DNA of 32,000 nt from Candidatus Saccharimonadota bacterium (GTDB lineage: Bacteria > Patescibacteriota > Saccharimonadia > Saccharimonadales > Saccharimonadaceae). The stretch's first letter is position 1. Every line of letters begins with the position of its first letter. The stretch spans positions 480,001 through 512,000 of the forward strand of contig CP011211.1 of NCBI GenBank assembly GCA_001029695.1, read 5' to 3'. The translations under genes were made by a program, and so were the position numbers. The notes under the pieces were generated by a model. It had not been told where the DNA came from, did not search any database, and saw only the letters and a program-made list of their open reading frames with translations. This document shows positions 25,189 to 32,000 of the stretch, piece by piece.

Positions 25189-25227
25189 ATTATACATAAA
25201 TTAGCACTCTCATGTCAAGAGTGCCAA
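25189..25227 (-). promoter_or_regulatory. CIRCE operator (25201-25227) with embedded dnaK promoter TTGACA-18-TATAAT
   Basis: TTAGCACTC-tcatgtcaa-GAGTGCCAA. On the minus strand the spacer holds TTGACA (25213-25218), with TATAAT at 25189-25194. Confidence 0.85.
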
Positions 25228-25244
25228 TTTATACTTATCAACCC

Positions 25245-27164
25245 CTATTCGTCTCGCATGTCATTGATAGGATTTCGTCGAATATTACGAAGCAACGGGA
25301 AGAGCATTGCCACAAGGCTCGTTATGACAATAAGTCCAAGGACGATAACTATCTCACCTGACCATGGCGTAAACAAGTGGAATGCATTGTTATTATCGAC
25401 ACCAAACGCGAGCTGCGCCTGCACCGTCGCTTCTTTTTGATAAAGAATATCAACCACATACGCGACACCAAGCCCAAGCACCGTTGCAAATATCAGCACG
25501 CGAAGAGCAAGAAGTAGCGTGTAGACTGAATAAATAGACGCTATGTCGAGTCGCTTGGCTCCAATCGCTCGAAATACAGCAGTCTCTCGTCGCCCATCAG
25601 CTATCACCCGTCCAATCGTCCCCGACATGACAATAACAGCTATCGCGGCCACAATACTTGCAACTATCTGGAATCCTTTTGTGATAGCATGTTTGGCGTC
25701 CTCGAGCGCTATACTGTTACTCCCAAAAGACGTAAGCATAAATGGACTCCGTTTGGTGCATTCGCTACTATCAAAACTACATGTCTGCTCTTTTATGAAC
25801 GCTCTCGCCTGATCCGCTGAGTCAAATTCAGCATAATACGTTTGGAACATTGACTCAGCAAAACCAGCCAAAGAACGTGTTTGCAGTAAGTTGCGTAGTT
25901 CGTCGTAATTGGCGGTTTTTTTGAATAAGCCATCAGGAACCGCCCACTGTCCATACAATGATGACGATGCCAGTAGAGTTACGATATCCATAGCAGCTGC
26001 AACAGGCTGTGAAGAAGACTGGGCGCCAGAGCCTGGCGCGTCAGGTGCTACGCCAACGACCTGAAGCTTTAGCTTTCGCTGTGCTGGATCGACGTTTTTA
26101 TTAAAGAGACGCTCAAACTGCTGCTGCTTCTCCATTGCCTGCTTTTCGGTAGTACTACGAGAATCTTTGGTAGTAATAGCATCTCCACAAGTATCTGTCG
26201 CCGGATAACCATACAGCAAACTTGGGGCTGGAGTGTTTTTATCAGATTTCACTTGAGAAGCAACTCGACGCTGCACTTCAATGCTTGCAATCTTCTCCTG
26301 TGACGCGGTATTCCTATAGCAAACATCGATAGATGCGTCCTTAGCGTGTTCCCGGACATACTTCAGTCGCTCTACGCGCTCACTAGCGCTTGCAGTTTTT
26401 GCTAGTGGCTCAAGCTTGAGAAGCTCCTGTACGATACTGTACGGCAAGACAACTGGTATGATGTTCTTTTCAAATTCTGTCTTATGACCAGGCGCCATAA
26501 ACGGATTCGTTAACTGGTCGGGTGAGAGCACGAGTGAATCGCCAATAGGCATACGGCCACTTCTTGAATCAGCATTGTCGAGCTCTTGCTGCTTTCTGCT
26601 ATCAAATTCCTCTTTTCCATCTTTCATCTGTATGAGATTCCCGTCTCGCGGCGCTATGTTCGCACTGCTATAGAAAGCCTTCGCATCGTACTGAAGCGCG
26701 AGCGCACGAAACTCTTTTTCGCCCGCCGACGGATACTTGTCCCGAAATTCTTCAATTGCTTGCTTCGCTGCTGGATGCATCATATTAAGATACGGCTCTT
26801 GATCATCATACGATGTCACGGGTTGAGGTTCCGACTTAGCATCGTACGTAGCACCCATTTTCTTGGCTTGCTTTACTTTATCAGCGATAATGCCATCATT
26901 AATCTGCACTGCTCGAGCTTGGACCTGTTTGTCTTGCATTAGTCCGTTGTTCGCAGGCATCGGCGTACCCGATACTATATATCGAGAACCAAATCCAGCC
27001 TGGCTAAATTCCTCGACACTCTTTATTGTGCCTTGAACAACCGATAGCGTTGCAATCATACCGCCAAACAACAACCCTGCGGTCGTCACTGTAATTGCTG
27101 TTCTCACGCGGCGTGTACGTAGTTTTGCAAGTGCCAAAATAAGCGTATCGCTAAGTCGTATCAT
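25245..27164 (-). CDS. ABC transporter permease, MacB/FtsX-like, with a very large extracytoplasmic domain
   Basis: 639 aa. N-terminal TM (AITVTTAGLLFGGMIATLSVV), a ~450-aa soluble region, and a C-terminal 3-TM FtsX-type bundle with the AIGAKR motif. ATGA overlap with the upstream ATPase gene. Confidence 0.8.
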   Translation of the reverse strand: MIRLSDTLILALAKLRTRRVRTAITVTTAGLLFGGMIATLSVVQGTIKSVEEFSQAGFGSRYIVSGTPMPANNGLMQDKQVQARAVQINDGIIADKVKQAKKMGATYDAKSEPQPVTSYDDQEPYLNMMHPAAKQAIEEFRDKYPSAGEKEFRALALQYDAKAFYSSANIAPRDGNLIQMKDGKEEFDSRKQQELDNADSRSGRMPIGDSLVLSPDQLTNPFMAPGHKTEFEKNIIPVVLPYSIVQELLKLEPLAKTASASERVERLKYVREHAKDASIDVCYRNTASQEKIASIEVQRRVASQVKSDKNTPAPSLLYGYPATDTCGDAITTKDSRSTTEKQAMEKQQQFERLFNKNVDPAQRKLKLQVVGVAPDAPGSGAQSSSQPVAAAMDIVTLLASSSLYGQWAVPDGLFKKTANYDELRNLLQTRSLAGFAESMFQTYYAEFDSADQARAFIKEQTCSFDSSECTKRSPFMLTSFGSNSIALEDAKHAITKGFQIVASIVAAIAVIVMSGTIGRVIADGRRETAVFRAIGAKRLDIASIYSVYTLLLALRVLIFATVLGLGVAYVVDILYQKEATVQAQLAFGVDNNNAFHLFTPWSGEIVIVLGLIVITSLVAMLFPLLRNIRRNPINDMRDE

Positions 27165-27985
27165 ACAATCACCCCGTCTCTCAGTTGAATCTCGCGATCA
27201 GCCCGACGAGCAATCTCTTTATCGTGAGTAACAATAACGATCGTAGTCCCAAACTCAGTACGAATTTTTTCAAACAATTCAATAATCGCCTGGCTATTTA
27301 CACTATCTAGATTACCCGTAGGCTCATCTGCAAGAATAATCTTTGGGTTATTAAACAACGCACGCGCAATTGCCGCTCGCTGCATCTGACCACCTGATAA
27401 CTCTTTCGGAAGATGATCAACACGATCCGCAAGACTAACGGCTGTCGCTAATTCAGAAATCCTGTCTTTTCGATCATGTCGTTTGGAGCGCGCAAACATA
27501 CCAGCAACCTCAAGATTGCGCCCTAACTTCAAGAAAGGCTGCAGATAGAAAAACTGAAATACAAATCCAATTGTCCTCCCGCGAAATTCCGATAACTTTC
27601 GGTCGCTCATTTTTGTAAGCACTACGCCATCAACTGTCACCGAACCTGAAGTAGGCTTATCGAGACCTCCCATCAACTGCAGTAGCGTACTCTTGCCACT
27701 CCCGCTCGATCCTGTGAGTGCGATGAATTCTCCCTCGTACACATCCAAACTCACGCCTTTTAGTGCTTCGACTTTTTGCCTCCCAACCTTGTACGACTTG
27801 GTAAGATCTTGAACCGATAATAACAGCTTCCCTGAATGGGTCGCTTTAATTAGACCTGCCGTTAGTAGTTTTTCGTGCGCTAAATGGTAATCACGAATTG
27901 CCTTTACTGCACCTGCGGCATGGTTATCAAACAAGTCGATAAAGGCTTTGATCTTTTTATCAGATACTTTTTTTGGTCCACCCAT
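27161..27985 (-). CDS. ABC transporter ATP-binding protein (MacB/LolD-type)
   Basis: 274 aa. Walker A GSSGSGKST, signature LSGGQMQR, Walker B ILADEPTGNLD, H-loop VTHD. Carries a ~55-aa N-terminal extension. Confidence 0.9.
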   Translation of the reverse strand: MGGPKKVSDKKIKAFIDLFDNHAAGAVKAIRDYHLAHEKLLTAGLIKATHSGKLLLSVQDLTKSYKVGRQKVEALKGVSLDVYEGEFIALTGSSGSGKSTLLQLMGGLDKPTSGSVTVDGVVLTKMSDRKLSEFRGRTIGFVFQFFYLQPFLKLGRNLEVAGMFARSKRHDRKDRISELATAVSLADRVDHLPKELSGGQMQRAAIARALFNNPKIILADEPTGNLDSVNSQAIIELFEKIRTEFGTTIVIVTHDKEIARRADREIQLRDGVIV

Positions 27986-27996
27986 AAAGTGTTTTT

Positions 27997-28005
27997 AGTA
28001 TACCA
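27997..28005 (-). promoter_or_regulatory. extended -10 element TGGTATACT for the MacB-like pair
   Basis: Minus strand: TGGTATACT, then an 11-nt leader without SD before ATG 27985. Confidence 0.4.
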
Positions 28006-28031
28006 TATGCGATATGAATAAAACTGCAGAA

Positions 28032-28832
28032 CTATTGTGTTGTTTTGCGCTTAAACAACCAGGCTGCGACTGGGATCGATACAATTAAGATACCAAGACT
28101 CCAGACTATCGACCAGAGGATCGAATCCCCCGCTGGCGTACCCACAAGTAGTGCTCGAATCGCATCTACCATATGGCTTACCGGCTGATTTTCGGCAAAC
28201 GGCTTTAGCCACGACGACATACTTTCTGCTGGCACGAACGCAGTACTTGCAAATGTTAGAGGGAAGATGACCACAAATGTTAGCCACTGCACGCCCTCGA
28301 CACTTTTTGCTACCACCCCAACAATTGCAGATAACCACGAGATTGACAGCGTAAATAATGCGAGCAAACCGACAATCGTCAACCATTCGCCGAAATCCGC
28401 TGTCGGTCGAAAGCCAATCACCAATCCCGCAAGTAGCATCACGATAGTCGATATGCCGTTACGGAAAAGATCCGATACGACGTGCCCATTGAGGACAGCG
28501 AGGTTTGACATAGGGAGTGAACGGAAGCGATCAACAATACCTTTTTGTAAATCATTGCAGATCGCAATTGCTGTCGTAGTCGACCCAAATGCAATCGTCT
28601 GTACAATAATTCCCGCCATAAGGAAGTTGACATAACTTCCCCCGCCAGTAGCGATAGCTCCGCCGAATACAGACGTAAATAACACCAAAAACATAATTGG
28701 CTGGAAAAATGTACCGAGGAGTTGATCGGTATTACGAATAATGTGCGTACTACTTCTTCTAATCATCACAAGCGAGTCGACGACCGCTAGTACAAATTTT
28801 GGACGAGTATCTATCTCAAGTTTGACCGCCAT
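28032..28832 (-). CDS. ABC-2-type transporter permease
   Basis: The track ORF starts at 28925, but that extension overlaps the ATPase gene by 92 nt. ATG 28832 (MAVKLEIDTRPKF...) lies 1 nt after the ATPase stop TAG (28836-28834). Six hydrophobic segments typical of ABC-2 permeases. Confidence 0.8.
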   Translation of the reverse strand: MAVKLEIDTRPKFVLAVVDSLVMIRRSSTHIIRNTDQLLGTFFQPIMFLVLFTSVFGGAIATGGGSYVNFLMAGIIVQTIAFGSTTTAIAICNDLQKGIVDRFRSLPMSNLAVLNGHVVSDLFRNGISTIVMLLAGLVIGFRPTADFGEWLTIVGLLALFTLSISWLSAIVGVVAKSVEGVQWLTFVVIFPLTFASTAFVPAESMSSWLKPFAENQPVSHMVDAIRALLVGTPAGDSILWSIVWSLGILIVSIPVAAWLFKRKTTQ

Positions 28833-28833
28833 G

Positions 28834-29793
28834 CTATGCCTTCTCCTCGGAACTATCAGTTTGCTTACCGGTAAGCGACAAGAAAACATCATCAAGTGTC
28901 GGCTTGTGCACCGCCATGGACTCAAATTTTATATCTTCTTTCGCAAGAATATCGAGTACTTGGCGTACGTCGACATTCGTATCCTTGAGGAGGGCAGTCA
29001 CTGTTCGCTCAGTATCATCAGAGTCAAGCAGCTTCTTGCCCAGTGCTTTTTTCGCTGCCGCAAATAGCTTGTCGGAAGCAAAGGTAAGCTCTAGTCGATC
29101 CTTGCCAATCTTTGCTTTGAGCTGCTTCGCTGTTCCCTGAGCGATCACTTTTCCTCCATCAATCACAACTATCTGATCAGCGAGTTGGTCAGCTTCTTCA
29201 AGATACTGTGTCGTCAAAAGAATAGTTGCGCCATTTTGTTTGAGTTTATTAATGATATCCCACATCGCAATTCGCGAACGTGGATCAAGCCCCGTTGTCG
29301 GCTCATCGAGAAAAATGACCGGTGGAGTAGCGATGAGACTAACCGCCAAATCAAGTCGGCGTCGCATACCGCCCGAGTAAGTTTTTGCCGGTCGCCCTGC
29401 CGCCTTTACAAGATCGAAGTCTTCTAACAATTCTTCAGCGCGCGCCTTTGCACTCTCTTTGGTCAAGTGGTATAAACGCCCCATCATCACTAAGTTTTCG
29501 CGACCAGTAAGCATCTCGTCAACCGCCGCAGATTGACCAGTCAAACCGATAACACTACGAACGTCGTCCGCCTCTGAGCGTACATCGTGACCCTCAATCG
29601 ATACTGCTCCTGCGTTGAAACCAAGGAGCGTACTTAATATTCGGACTGTCGTTGTCTTACCTGCACCATTTGGCCCTAGCAGCGCAAGCATCGTACCGCG
29701 CTCAACAGTAAGATCTATGCCTTTTAGAACTTCTGTATCGCCATACGACTTTACAAGTCCTTCTACTTCGATTACTACGTCTTTTTTCGTCAT
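28834..29793 (-). CDS. ABC transporter ATP-binding protein (DrrA/ABC-2 subfamily)
   Basis: 319 aa. Walker A GPNGAGKTT, signature YSGGMRRR, Walker B IFLDEPTTGLD, plus the C-terminal regulatory extension common in this subfamily. Confidence 0.9.
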   Translation of the reverse strand: MTKKDVVIEVEGLVKSYGDTEVLKGIDLTVERGTMLALLGPNGAGKTTTVRILSTLLGFNAGAVSIEGHDVRSEADDVRSVIGLTGQSAAVDEMLTGRENLVMMGRLYHLTKESAKARAEELLEDFDLVKAAGRPAKTYSGGMRRRLDLAVSLIATPPVIFLDEPTTGLDPRSRIAMWDIINKLKQNGATILLTTQYLEEADQLADQIVVIDGGKVIAQGTAKQLKAKIGKDRLELTFASDKLFAAAKKALGKKLLDSDDTERTVTALLKDTNVDVRQVLDILAKEDIKFESMAVHKPTLDDVFLSLTGKQTDSSEEKA

Positions 29794-29832
29794 GCCTTTA
29801 GTGTACTCTTCTAAAAGGCATGAGAAAAGTTT

Positions 29833-30330
29833 TTATTGTCGTGTAACTTTTACCATTGCATGTCGAATAGGCTGACCGTTGAGGGTGTACCCTGCCTGCA
29901 GCTCTTCTGCGATCACTTCTGTCTCACCCTCAGCATCTTCATCAAACTGAATAGCTTCATGCAACTCTGGATTAAAGACCGCTCCCTTGTCTGCCGCAAT
30001 TCGGGCAACACCGAGAGACTCTAGAGACTTTTCAAGATTCTTGACTAAGCTGCCGATGCCCTGTGCCCATTTGTTATCTTTTAGCTCTTCAGGAGTATAG
30101 GTAACCGCGCGCTCAATATTATCGATCACAGGAAGCAGCTTCAACACAGCGCCTGCTTGTCCGGCAGTACGTGCTGCGGTTTTCTCTGCTTCTACACGCT
30201 TACGGTAGTTTTCAAAATCAGCTCGTGTGCGCTGCAAGTCTTGCGTCAATTCACCAAGTTGCTGCTCAAGTTCACTAAACTCATTATTCTCTTCGTTCAC
30301 CGTATTGTCCTGTTCTGACTTCTTTACCAT
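29833..30330 (-). CDS. grpE: nucleotide exchange factor GrpE
   Basis: 165 aa. Coiled-coil N-terminus, RTRADFENYRKR motif, C-terminal beta domain. SD AGAGGAG upstream. Confidence 0.9.
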   Translation of the reverse strand: MVKKSEQDNTVNEENNEFSELEQQLGELTQDLQRTRADFENYRKRVEAEKTAARTAGQAGAVLKLLPVIDNIERAVTYTPEELKDNKWAQGIGSLVKNLEKSLESLGVARIAADKGAVFNPELHEAIQFDEDAEGETEVIAEELQAGYTLNGQPIRHAMVKVTRQ

Positions 30331-30377
30331 CGTTACTCCTCTATCCTTCCCTTAAATTCAACAAATTTCGTTTAGAT

Positions 30378-31091
30378 CTACAACACTTCTTCGAGCATTG
30401 CTCCTGCATGACGCACAAGGCGCATTACCTTGCCGTAGCTCTGTCTTGTCGGCCCAAGCACTCCTATGTAGCTGCGGTCGCTGTACGGAGAGCGAAATCG
30501 ACTAATGATCAGCGTCGCTCCGCTTGTTTTACCAATAGGGTTTTCCGCACCGATAAAGACATTAAGCGGTTCATTTGGTGCAGCTTCTCGAAGCCACGGC
30601 TCAAGGTTATCTAAAAGGCGTGCAACAGCCTGTGTATGATTGCCCTGCATAAACTCCGGTTGACTGAAGAGATTACCCATACCACTCATATATAGCTGGT
30701 CTCCAATCGTCGCAAGCCCCAAGTTGTGAGTAAGGTCAACGAGGCTGTCAACAGCACTACGAATAGCATGATCGGCACGATCTCCGTGTGTGTTTACCCT
30801 TGCATCAAGTGCACGCGTTCCGCGATCAAGCTGCATTGGCTGCGCTTCATTTGCATGAGCGTCATTTAGTGTGTTGACATAAAAACGATAGCCTTGGTCT
30901 GTCGGGATACGACCTGCGCTCGTATGCGGCTGCATAATAAAGCCGAGCTCCTCAAGCTTTACCATTTCACTGCGGATCGTTGCGCTAGAAACACCAAATA
31001 GCTTTGCAAGTGTAATGCTGCCTACAGGCGCAGCAATTTCTGCATACTGCTCAATAATAGCTGCTAGAATTTGAATTTGGCGTTCTGTCAT
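30378..31091 (-). CDS. hrcA: heat-inducible transcription repressor HrcA
   Basis: MTERQIQILAAIIEQYAEIAAPVGS... is the typical HrcA N-terminus. The track start at 31163 is a TTG and would make the coding region include the CIRCE/promoter, so I prefer ATG 31091. Confidence 0.88.
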   Translation of the reverse strand: MTERQIQILAAIIEQYAEIAAPVGSITLAKLFGVSSATIRSEMVKLEELGFIMQPHTSAGRIPTDQGYRFYVNTLNDAHANEAQPMQLDRGTRALDARVNTHGDRADHAIRSAVDSLVDLTHNLGLATIGDQLYMSGMGNLFSQPEFMQGNHTQAVARLLDNLEPWLREAAPNEPLNVFIGAENPIGKTSGATLIISRFRSPYSDRSYIGVLGPTRQSYGKVMRLVRHAGAMLEEVL

Positions 31092-31097
31092 AGCTTC

Positions 31098-31137
31098 AGT
31101 ATAGCGCATTTTGGCACTCTTTTCAATTGAGTGCCAA
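31098..31137 (-). promoter_or_regulatory. CIRCE variant (31111-31137) with embedded hrcA promoter TTGAAA-17-TATACT
   Basis: TTGGCACTC-ttttcaatt-GAGTGCCAA is a perfect palindrome. On the minus strand the spacer holds TTGAAA (31121-31126), TATACT is at 31098-31103, and the ATG follows 6 nt later. Confidence 0.8.
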
Positions 31138-31194
31138 TTAGTGACTATCTCTACGTTACGCAAGTGTAGAAAAATTAGATGTTATACTGTTAGT

Positions 31195-31398
31195 ATGAGC
31201 TTTTTAAGTGATCTAGGCGGACTTTATAGTGAATTTGAAAACACTATCGATACCCTTAAACAAGAGGTTGGTTCGACTTTAGCTGAAGCCGCTACTCAAT
31301 CTAGCGAAATATCCACTGAAGCAACAGACACCGTCAGTCAAGCTGTTGAATCGACAAATGAAACTACTCAAGAGATTAAAGACTCACTCTCGAAATAA
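31195..31398 (+). CDS. hypothetical small acidic S/T/E-rich protein (67 aa)
   Basis: I prefer MSFLSDLGGLYSEFENTIDTLKQEV... from ATG 31195. It is preceded by extended -10 TGTTATACT (31180-31188) with a 6-nt gap. The longer track ORF from 31111 would start inside the hrcA CIRCE. Confidence 0.45.
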   Translation: MSFLSDLGGLYSEFENTIDTLKQEVGSTLAEAATQSSEISTEATDTVSQAVESTNETTQEIKDSLSK

Positions 31399-31421
31399 CA
31401 CTATAGATATACTCGATTATT

Positions 31422-31511
31422 TTACGGATCCGATCGTCTATCTGGAAGGCTGGCGCGCAAGATCATTGCTATCAGTAATAGTACCGCAACAATAAGAAAG
31501 TAATACTTCAT
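31422..31511 (-). CDS. possible 29-aa single-TM micropeptide
   Basis: Below the ORF-track size cutoff. ATG lies 3 nt after the stop of the 71-aa gene. MKYYFLIVAVLLLIAMILRASLPDRRSDP. Confidence 0.3.
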   Translation of the reverse strand: MKYYFLIVAVLLLIAMILRASLPDRRSDP

Positions 31512-31514
31512 GAG

Positions 31515-31730
31515 CTAACTGTTCTTAGTACCACCGTACACTGACCCGCCATAGCCATACTGCGACGTATTCGTCTGTTGCACTGCAGCCTTTTTAGGAG
31601 ACGGGGCAAGTGCCTTTAAAAACGCACTAAGTCCAGTAACCGCCACAACACCAATACCGACATGTTTTAGAAAGTCTTTTCGATCCATCTTTTTTGTAAG
31701 CAGTGTATTGAGCTCTTCTTTAATTGCCAT
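31515..31730 (-). CDS. hypothetical small exported/anchored protein with a Tat-like N-region and G/Y-rich tail
   Basis: 71 aa. MDRKDFLKHVGIGVVAVTGLSAFL resembles a twin-arginine leader (RK in place of RR). The tail is QYGYGGSVYGG. SD AAGGA upstream. Confidence 0.5.
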   Translation of the reverse strand: MAIKEELNTLLTKKMDRKDFLKHVGIGVVAVTGLSAFLKALAPSPKKAAVQQTNTSQYGYGGSVYGGTKNS

Positions 31731-31800
31731 CTTGATCCTTTGTATATTTATACGCTTATGCTCTTATTGAACACCAGGCCGCGATACTTGTCAAACTTAG

Positions 31801-32000
31801 CTAACTTACTAAAAAACCGTCAATAGAGCGGACTGGCGGAGTTGAACGACGAAGACCAGCCGCCGAGACGCTTACCGCAGGTCGTTCAGCTACTACAGGT
31901 TGAGATCGCTGCGGCAGTCGAACCGTTGAGGGAGCGGAGCGTACGCGTGTCGCAGAAAAGCCGTCAACCGCTCTATGAGCTTGCACTTTTTTACTTGTTT
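31801..32000 (-). CDS. 3' end of an ORF open to the right window edge (R/P/S/V-rich tail); identity unknown
   Basis: The reading frame stays open upstream of the GTG at 31986 through position 32000. The peptide contains two xDGF motifs (AVDGF, SIDGF). Low-complexity composition, so it may not be coding. Confidence 0.3.
   Translation of the reverse strand, partial: TSKKVQAHRAVDGFSATRVRSAPSTVRLPQRSQPVVAERPAVSVSAAGLRRSTPPVRSIDGFLVS

Noticed and set aside
28833-28925. N-terminal 31-codon extension of the ABC-2 permease overlapping the ATPase gene
   Set aside because: The extension (MSPWRCTSRHLMMFSCRLPV...) is Cys/Arg-rich and non-hydrophobic. An in-frame ATG 1 nt after the ATPase stop gives the usual coupled arrangement.
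31092-31163. N-terminal 24-codon extension of hrcA (track ORF start at 31163)
   Set aside because: That start is a TTG, and the extension would place the CIRCE palindrome and the TTGAAA-17-TATACT promoter inside the coding region. The conserved HrcA N-terminus begins at MTERQIQIL (ATG 31091).

Overview
Chromosomal, housekeeping-rich window from a small-genome bacterium with Gram-positive-type regulation (HrcA/CIRCE, extended -10 promoters). My guess is a Saccharibacteria/Patescibacteria-like lineage, which cannot be verified from sequence alone. Standard genetic code: TGA acts as a stop in ATGA start/stop overlaps. About 30 protein genes, nearly all on the minus strand, plus one tRNA-Lys(UUU). 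No CRISPR array, transposase, integrase or rRNA was seen. Left to right: MMPL transporter (partial) with an ArsR regulator; ruvC; a lamin-tail-domain surface protein lying between ruvC and yebC; a short comEC; pgl; a YdeN/RBBP9-type hydrolase; tRNA-Lys; a 4-TM protein; DUF192; an operon of RimK, a retropepsin-like peptidase and two further ATP-grasp ligases; an orphan 203-aa gene; two very large polytopic membrane proteins (872 and 962 aa); dnaJ; a Crp-family regulator; a 610-aa repeat surface protein; an orphan 121-aa gene behind a consensus promoter and hairpin-rich leader; dnaK; two ABC exporter pairs; grpE; hrcA; several small ORFs. Most notable: (1) the three-ATP-grasp plus peptidase cassette, an expanded RimK/RimB module and my best candidate for an undescribed peptide-ligation system; (2) the hrcA-grpE-dnaK-dnaJ operon split into three pieces, each with its own CIRCE whose spacer carries the -35 box; (3) recurrent -10 box, 6-7 nt, ATG geometry suggesting leaderless mRNAs; (4) two unusual repeat-containing surface proteins sitting inside otherwise conserved gene orders; (5) an uncharacterised giant membrane-protein cluster. 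All domain calls come from reading motifs by eye. No database search was run.
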